In this document: positions 1 through 7,999 of the stretch, piece by piece
Numbering within the stretch: the stretch's first letter is position 1
Layout of the letters: each line of letters opens with the position of its first letter
Source of the DNA: a virus
Taxonomy: Duplodnaviria > Caudoviricetes
Strand: one strand, 5' to 3'
DNA length: 64,000 nt
Virus record (IMG/VR): IMGVR_UViG_3300021400_001091
Coordinates: 1 to 64,000 of that record
Position numbers and translations under genes: made by a program
Notes under the pieces: model-generated
The model's input: the letters and a program-made list of their open reading frames with translations, nothing else
The model's database searches: none
Told to the model about the DNA's origin: nothing

Positions 1-84
1 TTTTTTCTAAAAGGGGTTGACAATTCCTCTTCAATCGCTTATAATCTAATTGTAAGTTGAAAGTACAACCGAAAGGAGAAGAAA

Positions 85-348
85 ATGACTCATATCGAAG
101 CACTCGAAGTTATGCTCACTCGCAGAAACATCAATTTTAAGGTTGAAGTTCAGCCTTGGTATGGTACTCCGCAGATTATCGTCTATGACGAGAATGGCGA
201 AATCGCGGGCGACGTCATCAGTCACAGTTACAGTTACGGCGGTCCCGATGGGTTGCTTGAAATCATGGGGTTCGGCCTTGACGATGTGAGGGGTTGGCTC
301 ACCGCGGCAAAGGCGTGTTTCATCATCATGGAATACTTGCAGAAGTAA
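85..348 (+). CDS. Early hypothetical protein (87 aa)
   Basis: ORF with AAAGGAG RBS downstream of promoter 17-45. Confidence 0.8.
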   Translation: MTHIEALEVMLTRRNINFKVEVQPWYGTPQIIVYDENGEIAGDVISHSYSYGGPDGLLEIMGFGLDDVRGWLTAAKACFIIMEYLQK

Positions 349-500
349 ACGAAGTGTCAGGCAATTGTCTAAATTGTCTGACAATTCTCCCTTATCCAAT
401 TTCCATATATTGGAAGTAAAAAAAATTAAAATAAATACTTGACAAAAAGTCGTTTTTCTGTTAATATATAATTGTAAAGAGAAGAAGAAAGGAGTCAAAA

Positions 501-659
501 ATGGAAAAGATTCAAGTATTCAAAATCGTAGCCAAGAAAAAGGGCAAGGCGGAAGTTATCCGCTATAGCGAAAAACCGTTTTATGCGTACAAACTGCTTG
601 ACAAGTACGACCGCAAGGGTTATAATGTAACTATCAAAAAGGTTTGGATTCAGATGTAA
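501..659 (+). CDS. Small basic early protein (52 aa), paralog of 1009-1167
   Basis: MEKIQVFKIVAKKKGKAEVIRY...; RBS AAAGGAG; own promoter; not in ORF track because of size. Confidence 0.8.
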   Translation: MEKIQVFKIVAKKKGKAEVIRYSEKPFYAYKLLDKYDRKGYNVTIKKVWIQM

Positions 660-673
660 GAAAGGAAAATCAA

Positions 674-820
674 ATGAGAAAGTTAATCGGAGACATTTTT
701 ACAGGTGTAAGTTTCATCGTCATTTTGTGGGGTTTGGTATCGTGGATTGACATTTGCGCCCACAATCTGAATGGCGGTACTGAATGGAGTTATAACCTTT
801 TTGTTCTTCTCTTTTCCTAA
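674..820 (+). CDS. Small membrane protein (48 aa)
   Basis: MRKLIGDIFTGVSFIVILWGLVSW...; RBS; followed by hairpin GGGCGTCC-GAAA-GGACGCC. Confidence 0.7.
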   Translation: MRKLIGDIFTGVSFIVILWGLVSWIDICAHNLNGGTEWSYNLFVLLFS

Positions 821-1008
821 CAGGTGGGCGTCCGAAAGGACGCCTTCCTCTTCATTGGAAATTGTCTGAATTTTCTGACAATTTGTCCTATGGAGATTGT
901 TAAAAATTTAACAAAGATTTTTTTCTAAAAGGGGTTGACATTTGGCGGCGCGCCGTATATAATAAGATTGTAAGGTAAAAGAAAAACAAAACCGAAAGGA
1001 AGAGAAAA

Positions 1009-1167
1009 ATGGAAAAGGTAAAAGTTTACAAAATCGTTTGCAAGAAAAAGGGAAAGGCGCAGATTATCCGCTATTGTGAAAACTTCGACTTCACCTATAA
1101 ACTTGTTGACAAGTATGAAAGAAAAGGATACAACGTGATTGTAAGAGAGGTCAGCGTGCAGTTGTAA
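1009..1167 (+). CDS. Small basic early protein (52 aa), paralog of 501-659
   Basis: MEKVKVYKIVCKKKGKAQIIRY...; promoter 935-963; terminator GAGGAC-GAAA-GTCCTC-T7. Confidence 0.8.
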   Translation: MEKVKVYKIVCKKKGKAQIIRYCENFDFTYKLVDKYERKGYNVIVREVSVQL

Positions 1168-1451
1168 AATGAAGAGGACGAAAGTCCTCTTTTTTATCCT
1201 CTTCAGTTAGCAAAGACTAACTGAATTGTCAGAAAACTTTCCCTCTTCATGGTTAGCATAGGCTAACTGAATTGTCAGAAAACTTTCCCCTATTAAAAGA
1301 GTCTCCCATTTAATCATATCACACTTGCGCGCCGTTGTCAATAGGAAAATTAAAAAAGTTTTTTTAATTTAGGGGTTGACAAATAGCGTTTTATCCCTTA
1401 TAATTGACTTGTAAGATAAAGAAAGGGTAAAACCCAAAGAAAGGAAAGACA

Positions 1452-1733
1452 ATGGAAAAGAACAAGAATGAAGTGACAGAAGCAACGGCAACGAGGTTTG
1501 AAAAGGTATTTATCAATTTTCAGTATGTAGTCCTTGCCTTGTTAATCGTAGGACAGTGTACCGTAGGAATTGATTTCTTAATCGGACAGGTGGTCTATCT
1601 GGCAGCAAATGGAATCTCGGTTGCTCGGTGTTATGTACTCCATCGACCCGCCGCAGATAAAGTAAAGGATTGGGCGTGTACTGGTATCACTCTCGGACTA
1701 ATCGCCATCAAGTTACTAAATGGATTGGTATAA
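1452..1733 (+). CDS. Early membrane protein (93 aa)
   Basis: Several hydrophobic segments; promoter and RBS present. Confidence 0.75.
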   Translation: MEKNKNEVTEATATRFEKVFINFQYVVLALLIVGQCTVGIDFLIGQVVYLAANGISVARCYVLHRPAADKVKDWACTGITLGLIAIKLLNGLV

Positions 1734-1820
1734 AAAGTTTTGGAGAAAGGGTTGACAAACCCTTTTTTCTTTTGTATAATAAGGTTGTAAGGTAAAGATA
1801 TGAACCGAAAGGAGTTCAAA

Positions 1821-2066
1821 ATGAAAATTGAAATTATTGGTATTGATGGATTAAAAGAATGGTTTGAAGAAGATAGAGAATGGATAGAAAGAGAAAATCC
1901 TAAATTGGCAAAAGAGTGCGAAGAAAAAATAAAGTATCTTGAAGAAGTTAATGGAACGGCAATCGTCTACTTTAAAGACTATGTAAAAATCTTATCTATA
2001 GTAACAGATATGACAAATGGAGAGTACGAGGTTTACAATTGCGGTACAACCATTGAAATTAAATAG
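1821..2066 (+). CDS. Early hypothetical protein
   Basis: Start reset to the ATG after the AAAGGAG RBS; terminator TAGTCCC-GAAA-GGGACTA-T7. Confidence 0.75.
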   Translation: MKIEIIGIDGLKEWFEEDREWIERENPKLAKECEEKIKYLEEVNGTAIVYFKDYVKILSIVTDMTNGEYEVYNCGTTIEIK

Positions 2067-2304
2067 AAAGTAGTCCCGAAAGGGACTATTTTTTTATCCT
2101 CTTCATCGGAAGTTGTCAGAATTGTCAGAAAACTTCCCCTATAGGAGTTAGCATATGCTAACTCAAGTTGTCAGATAATTAAACCGAAGATGTATATTTA
2201 TACGGTAAAATGAATAAATATTTTTTCAAATAAAAGGTTGACAAATTAACAAAATAAGTTTATAATCTAATTGTAAGATAAAAGAAAACCGAAAGGAGTT
2301 ATCA

Positions 2305-2493
2305 ATGATTATTTGTGAAAGTCAGAATGAGGCGCGCATTGAGGCGGTCCATGCTCTTACAAACGAGGACGCAGATGTTAAAACGGTGACAATCTTCTAT
2401 AGGGAAGATATTGGAAAGTGGTGTTGTGAATTTGAGTACTTCTCTGATGAAGAAATGGAAAAAATCGAAGAAATGGAAGAAGAAGAGGATTAA
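2305..2493 (+). CDS. Small highly acidic early protein (62 aa)
   Basis: RBS and own promoter; E/D-rich C-terminus. Confidence 0.75.
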   Translation: MIICESQNEARIEAVHALTNEDADVKTVTIFYREDIGKWCCEFEYFSDEEMEKIEEMEEEED

Positions 2494-2789
2494 TTCCTCT
2501 TTTTCTTTCCTCTTCAAGTTAGCATATGCTAATTGTCAGACAATTTCACATTATGAATTGTTAAAAAATTAACAATCCCTCTTCATTGGTAAAAATTGGA
2601 ATTGTCAGACAATTCCCCCTATACACCGCGCCCACTCCCATTCTACAATATGAGTATAACATGGCGCAAGGGGTTTGTCAAGGGAAAAATTAAAAAAATT
2701 TTTTTTGAAAAGGGGTTGACAAATTAAAAGGCAAGGCTTATAATAAGAGTGTAAGGTAAAGAGAAAGCCAAAGGGCAGAAAGGAATCCA

Positions 2790-3470
2790 ATGGTAAAGAT
2801 TGACAGAAGAAAGAATTATTTCATCACGGTGGACACCGAAACAAGCGGCGATATCACAAATAACGAGCAGTTAGTCTATGATATCGGATGGGCTGTCCAC
2901 GACCGCAAGGGCAATATTCTCGAAAAGCGGTCGTTCGTGGTCTATGAAACGTATTGCTTGCGTAAAGACTTGATGGCAACGGCGTACTACAAAAACAAGT
3001 TACCGCAGTATGAAAGCGATATCAAAGACGGCAAGCGCAAAATTGCAAAATGGGCGACCATCGGGCGGATTTTCCGCAAGGATTGCAAGGACTACAACAT
3101 CAAGGCGATAGTCGCCTATAATGCAAGGTTTGACAGGATTGCAACCAATAACACCGAAGAGTATACCACCAACGGCAAATACAAATACTTTTATCCGTAC
3201 GGTATCGAGTTATGGGATTCAATGAAAATGGCAAGCGATACAATTTGTAAGCAAAAAGAATATAATCGCTTTTGCCGAGAAAATAATTTTATGACACGCC
3301 ACGTAAGACCAAGACCGCAACGGAAAGCCGAAACAGTTTACCGATACATGACAGGCGATACCGATTTTATCGAATCGCATACGGGTTTGGAAGATGTTTC
3401 CATCGAGGTCGCAATCATGGCAGAGTGTTTCAGACAACACAAGAAAATGAGAAAGTTACTTTATGCATAA
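2790..3470 (+). CDS. DEDDh (DnaQ-like) 3'-5' exonuclease, paralog of 6158-6829
   Basis: ExoI DTET, ExoII YNARFD and ExoIII HTGLED motifs. Confidence 0.8.
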   Translation: MVKIDRRKNYFITVDTETSGDITNNEQLVYDIGWAVHDRKGNILEKRSFVVYETYCLRKDLMATAYYKNKLPQYESDIKDGKRKIAKWATIGRIFRKDCKDYNIKAIVAYNARFDRIATNNTEEYTTNGKYKYFYPYGIELWDSMKMASDTICKQKEYNRFCRENNFMTRHVRPRPQRKAETVYRYMTGDTDFIESHTGLEDVSIEVAIMAECFRQHKKMRKLLYA

Positions 3471-4107
3471 GAGTGGATATTTATCCACTCTTTTTTTCGG
3501 GTCGATTGTTAAAAATTTAACAATCGCATAAGGGTGAATTGTCAGAATTGTCTGACAATTCACCCGGGCCGAGTGCGTCCCTCTTCATTATATCACAAAA
3601 GAAAAACAATGTCAATAGGAAAATTAAAAAAATTTATTTTATTTTTTTATAAAAAAGGTTGACTTTTTCACGAATTTTTGGTAATATATAATTGTCAAGA
3701 GAAGATGGGGACGGCGCAGAGAGTTGAGCCACTCCTTGAGGGTTATAGTCGGTGTAAAGTAATCCGGAAAAAGTTCAGATTTTCTCTTGACAAACCACTT
3801 AAAAGGTGGTAAGATGTAATTGTCAAGGGGAGAGAAAGGGAAACAAGGAAAGTTGGAAACAATTTCTCTTCAAAATGCGAAAAAACTCTTTTCTAAAATC
3901 TTTGAAAGTTTTTTTCAAAACCCCTTGACAAAATCACCAAAGGGTGATACAATAAAAATGTCAAGAGAGATAAACGAAACGCCAAGCACATTAAAAAAAT
4001 TAAAAAAATCTTAAAAAGTACTTGACAAATCAAAACAAATCCCTTATAATAAGGGTGTAAGGTAAAAGTAAGGGGTCTACTCCCTCAAGTAGAAGAAAGG
4101 TTACACA

Positions 4108-4431
4108 ATGACTTACAGAGAGTTCTACAACGCCGTCATCAACGGAGAAATCACCGAGGAAATGGTCGAGTTCGCCAAGGGTGCAGTTGAAAAGTTGGAT
4201 GCCCGCAATGCCAAGCGTGCCGAGCGTCCTTCGAAGAAGGCACTTGAAAACGAGCCTATCAAGGCGAAGATTGCCGAGATTCTGACCGATACTCCGCAGA
4301 CGGCAAGCGAAATCGCCGCCAAGGTCGAAATCTCCGTACAGAAGGCGTCCGCCCTTCTCCGTCAGATGGACACTAAGGTTTGCGATGTGAAGATTAAGGG
4401 CAAGGGTACTCAGAAGGGTTACTCCCTCTAA
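4108..4431 (+). CDS. Small winged-helix-like DNA-binding protein, paralog of 7620-7958
   Basis: TASEIAAKVEISVQKASALL helix-turn-helix pattern followed by a beta wing. Confidence 0.65.
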   Translation: MTYREFYNAVINGEITEEMVEFAKGAVEKLDARNAKRAERPSKKALENEPIKAKIAEILTDTPQTASEIAAKVEISVQKASALLRQMDTKVCDVKIKGKGTQKGYSL

Positions 4432-4722
4432 ACCGAAAAGGGGTCGGCGTGCCGACCTCTTTTTTTCGCCGTAAATTGTCAGAAAATTCTGAAAATTCTG
4501 ACAATTCGCCCCTTTTGAATTTTCAGAATTTTCTGACAATTCGCCCTCTTCATTTGTTAATTTTTTAACAATCTTCCGCAAAAGTTTGTTAAAAAATTAA
4601 CAATCCCAATAGGTAGAGTTTTCAGAAAACTTTTCAAAAAAGTTAAAAAAACTTTTTAAAAAGTGTTGACACCCTCTTCATTATGTGCTAATATGTATTT
4701 AGATAAAGAAAGGAGACCAAAA

Positions 4723-5166
4723 ATGGCTAAAGCAATTTACTTCGATATGGACGGCACAATCGCCAACTTCTACGGCGTAGAGAATTGGTTGGAAGATTTA
4801 ACCAATTCCAATCCTCGCCCTTATGCACAGGCGCGCCCACTCGTCAACATGAACGTACTTGCAAGGCGGTTAAACCGTTTGCAGAAGATGGGGTATAAAA
4901 TCGGTATTGTGTCATGGTTAGCAAAAAATTCCAATCCAGATTTTGACAGTGCCGTTACCACCGAAAAAATCAAGTGGTTAAAAACCCATCTCCATTCCGT
5001 CAAGTTCGATGATATTAAAATCGTACCATACGGAACGCCGAAGTCGGAAGTGGTAGAATATGGAAACGGAATCCTTTTCGACGACGAAGAACCAAATAGA
5101 AAAAATTGGAAAGGCGTAGCATACGACGAAAGTAAAATTATGGAAGTTCTCGGGGCGGTCGCATAG
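4723..5166 (+). CDS. HAD-superfamily 5'(3')-nucleotidase-like phosphatase
   Basis: N-terminal FDMDGT motif and C-terminal LFDD motif; start reset to RBS. Confidence 0.75.
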   Translation: MAKAIYFDMDGTIANFYGVENWLEDLTNSNPRPYAQARPLVNMNVLARRLNRLQKMGYKIGIVSWLAKNSNPDFDSAVTTEKIKWLKTHLHSVKFDDIKIVPYGTPKSEVVEYGNGILFDDEEPNRKNWKGVAYDESKIMEVLGAVA

Positions 5167-5564
5167 GCCGTCCCAGTTTTTGGAAGTTCATAAATTGTCT
5201 AAATTGTCTGACAATTTCGCCGTTCGATTGTTAATTTTTTAACAATCGACAAGGCGCAGTTTTCAGAATTGTCTGACAATTTCATCGTGGCTTGTTAAAA
5301 AATTAACAATCCAAATTGTCAGAAAACTTTACCTATTGCCGAGTTAGCATATGCTAACTTAAATTGTCAGAAAACTTACCCTATTAGTAGTTCCACTCCC
5401 ATTCTACAATATTATAATACCATGGCGCAAGTAGTTTGTCAATACTTTTTTCAAAAAAAAGAAAAAAATATTTTTCTAAAAAGGGTTGACAAATACCCCA
5501 AAATCCGTATAATAAAGATGTAAGGTAAATCAAGCGGTTGCCAACGGCAAAGAAAGGAAACCAA

Positions 5565-5885
5565 ATGGCAGTATCTCGCAAGTCTGAACAGGATTTACTC
5601 CGTAACCAGTGGGTGGAAGCCCTCTTCCAGCTTCTGGAAGAGCGTGGCGAAGAAGCCATGCTCACCGCCTCCAACAAAATCGCTTTTCCTGCGGTTGGTT
5701 GTGAGGGCAACGAGGACTTTATCGTCCTCACCGTGTCCGTCCCCAAGGGTGGGCGTGACGGCGAGCCGTACGACGGTTACGGCGAAGCCGAAGCCTACCG
5801 CCTGAAAGTGGCGGAAAGAGCCGAAAAGGCCAAGGCCAAGGCCGAAGCCAAGGCGAAGAAAATCGCCAAGGCCAAGGCCGAGTAG
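5565..5885 (+). CDS. Early hypothetical protein with AK-rich tail
   Basis: RBS AAAGGA; terminator GGAGACCC-GAAA-GGGTCTCC. Confidence 0.75.
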   Translation: MAVSRKSEQDLLRNQWVEALFQLLEERGEEAMLTASNKIAFPAVGCEGNEDFIVLTVSVPKGGRDGEPYDGYGEAEAYRLKVAERAEKAKAKAEAKAKKIAKAKAE

Positions 5886-6157
5886 GCCGAGGGAGACCCG
5901 AAAGGGTCTCCATTTTTTTACATTTTCCAAGTTTACCAACATAAACATTATGTAAACTTGCAAGAGGGCAAATTGTCGAAATTGTCTGACAATTCGTCCT
6001 ATTCCGCTTGTTAAAAAATTAACAAAGTCGGACGGGCGCCCTCTACATAAGAAAAAAGTTTTCCCAAATTGCAAAAAAGTCTTGACAGGTTTTGCGGTCA
6101 TGGTGTATAATCAATATAGAGTTAAAGAGAAGGGCAACGCCCAAAGAAAGGAAAACC

Positions 6158-6829
6158 ATGACTACTAAAATTGACCATCGCCGTTCCTATTATCTGACCA
6201 TCGACACCGAGACCGCCAACGGATTCGATGACCCGATTGTCTACGATATCGGCGGCGCAATCCATGACAAGTACGGCAACGTCTACGAGACTTTTTCCTA
6301 CGTCATTTATGAGACGTTCTACGGCATGCGCGACTTAATGCAGACCGCCTACTATGCTGACAAAATCCCCAAGTATGAGGAAGAAATCAGCAATCAGTCC
6401 AGAGTAGTTGTCCCCTACATCAGAGCCAAGTTGACAGTCCGCAACCTTTGTGAGAAGTACAACGTCAAGGCAATCATCGCCCACAATATGCGGTTCGATT
6501 ATAGGGCAACGACACGGACGCAAAGGTATCTCACCAAGTCCGCCTTCCGCTACTTTCTCCCCTATGGCGTACCCCTTTGGGACACCATGAAGATGGCACA
6601 GGACACCATCTGCAAACAGAAAACGTACATCAAGTGGGCAACCGCCAACGGATATGTCACCAAGTATGGCAAGCCGAGAGCAACCGCCGAAATCCTTTAT
6701 AGGTACATCAGCGGACAGGAAGATTTTTCCGAGGACCACACGGGACTCGCGGACGTGTTGATTGAAAAGGAAATCTTTTCCAAGTGCATGGCTCAGCATA
6801 AGCCGATGAGAAAGGAGTGCTTCGCATGA
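6158..6829 (+). CDS. DEDDh (DnaQ-like) 3'-5' exonuclease, paralog of 2790-3470
   Basis: DTET, HNMRFD and HTGLAD motifs; start reset to RBS. Confidence 0.8.
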   Translation: MTTKIDHRRSYYLTIDTETANGFDDPIVYDIGGAIHDKYGNVYETFSYVIYETFYGMRDLMQTAYYADKIPKYEEEISNQSRVVVPYIRAKLTVRNLCEKYNVKAIIAHNMRFDYRATTRTQRYLTKSAFRYFLPYGVPLWDTMKMAQDTICKQKTYIKWATANGYVTKYGKPRATAEILYRYISGQEDFSEDHTGLADVLIEKEIFSKCMAQHKPMRKECFA

Positions 6830-7154
6830 AGCACTTTCTTCTACCACCATTTGTTAAAAATTTAACAATCGCAGCGGATCCCCATTGTGTCTGAATTTTC
6901 TGACAATTTACCCATATCCATTGTTAAATTTTTAACAATCGACAACGGATTAATTTTCTGAATTGTCAGATAATTTCCCCGCTCTTAATAAAAACACTCC
7001 CATTCTACAATATAAGTATAGCGCCTGTCAAGCATTTTGTCAAGTATTTTTTTAAAAGAAATTTTTTCCAAATTTGGAAATATTTTCCAGAATTACCAGA
7101 AATTTCCTTGGCTTCCAGTTATTGGAGGGACTTCCAGAAATTTCCAGTTCCGTG

Positions 7155-7475
7155 GGAGCTGCGATTGGAAGAAATTTCCAGGAGCTGCGTCAAATTTTAA
7201 ATTAATCCAAATTTTGGGAGCTGCGATTCAAAAATTTTCCAAATTTTTCCAGGAGCTGCGTTGGAGCTGCAAATTTTCTGGTAATTTTTTCCTATTTTGG
7301 GAGCTGCAACCAGGAAAAATTTTAAAAATAAGGTAATTTCTTCCAATTTTCATTTAATTTTTAGTAAAAACTTGACAAAAATTTGTCAAATTTTCTGGAA
7401 ATAAATAGTAAATTTGCAAAAACTCAAATTTTTTGCTATAATATATATGTAAGATGAAGAGGGAAAAGGAGCTGC
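7155..7475 (+). repeat. Seven co-oriented GGAGCTGC repeats in A/T-tract DNA
   Basis: 7155, 7181, 7217, 7252, 7263, 7300, 7468, separated by AAATTTT tracts. Confidence 0.8.
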
Positions 7476-7619
7476 GTTCTCCGCCCCGAGGGAATTAAGA
7501 AGTGAAAACTTGAAAAATTCCGAAAATCTTGCTATAATATATATATAAGATGAAGAGAGAAAAAACCTCTCAAATGTAATTGGCGCTCACGGCCGTATGT
7601 GAGAGAAAGGTTGGTCACC

Positions 7620-7958
7620 ATGACTAAGAGAGAATTCCTGAACGCTGTTGTTGCTCTGAACGTTGAAGAGGTTTCCGATTTCGCTGTTGCGGAGCTGGAG
7701 AAGATGGATGCCGCTAACGAGAAGCGCAAGAACACTCCTTCCAAGAGAGCGCTGGAGAACGCTCCTCTGGTTGACAAGATTGTCAATGAGATTCTCGGTG
7801 AGGAAGCTCTGACCGCGACCGATATCGCGGCTGCTATGGAGATTTCCGTGCAGAAGGCTTCTGCTCTGTGCCGCAAGGCTGTTGCTGAGGGTCGTGCGAC
7901 TTCTCAGGACATCAAGGTCAAGGGCAAGGGAACTGTCAAGGGTTATATCCTGGCGTAG
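7620..7958 (+). CDS. Small winged-helix-like DNA-binding protein, paralog of 4108-4431
   Basis: MTKREFLNAV...TATDIAAAMEISVQKASAL; hairpin terminator GAAGAGAG-CGAAAG-CTCTCTTC. Confidence 0.7.
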   Translation: MTKREFLNAVVALNVEEVSDFAVAELEKMDAANEKRKNTPSKRALENAPLVDKIVNEILGEEALTATDIAAAMEISVQKASALCRKAVAEGRATSQDIKVKGKGTVKGYILA

Positions 7959-7999
7959 TTGAGGGAGAAGAGAGCGAAAGCTCTCTTCTCTTTTATTGT

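Larger units (their letters stand above)
1206..5358. repeat. Five copies of palindrome GTTAG-N6-CTAAC (mostly GTTAGCATATGCTAAC), putative operator
   Basis: 1206-1221, 1252-1267, 2147-2162, 2518-2533, 5343-5358; each lies immediately before a CodY-like box. Confidence 0.7.
17..6110 (+). promoter_or_regulatory. Series of at least 14 near-consensus sigma-A/70 promoters, one per early cassette
   Basis: TTGACA-N17-TATAAT-type pairs at 17-45, 935-963 and approximately 439, 1376, 1752, 2238, 2716, 3659, 3787, 3925, 4022, 4666, 5486 and 6082. Each has an upstream A/T UP tract; most are followed by TGTAAG and an AAAGGA RBS. Confidence 0.9.
897..6938. promoter_or_regulatory. Ten perfect Rex-type operators TTGTTAA-N4-TTAACAA
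   Basis: 897-914, 2558-2575, 3506-3523, 4554-4571, 4586-4603, 5228-5245, 5292-5309, 6008-6025, 6851-6868, 6921-6938. All are intergenic and identical to the clostridial Rex consensus. Confidence 0.75.
363..6975. promoter_or_regulatory. Dispersed array of CodY-box-like sites (AATT(G/T)TC(A/T)GA(A/C)AATT), often as overlapping pairs offset by 9 bp
   Basis: About 19 intergenic clusters, e.g. 363-386, 860-883, 2111-2134, 3537-3560, 4518-4541, 5193-5216, 5258-5281, 5971-5994, 6952-6975. They match the CodY consensus AATTTTCWGAAAATT and its known 6-bp-overlap arrangement. Confidence 0.75.

Noticed and set aside
3471-3497. DnaA box (TTATCCAC)
   Set aside because: It is part of the intrinsic terminator GAGTGGATA/TATCCACTC-T7 after the exonuclease gene, and it is a single copy.
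1206-5358. HrcA CIRCE element
   Set aside because: CIRCE is TTAGCACTC-N9-GAGTGCTAA; the palindrome here is much shorter, with different spacing.
363-6975. CRISPR array or CRISPR-repeat mimics in the early-region repeats
   Set aside because: The repeats are 15-18-bp palindromes with irregular spacing, not constant 28-37-bp repeats with uniform spacers. There are no cas genes, and the operator matches explain them better.
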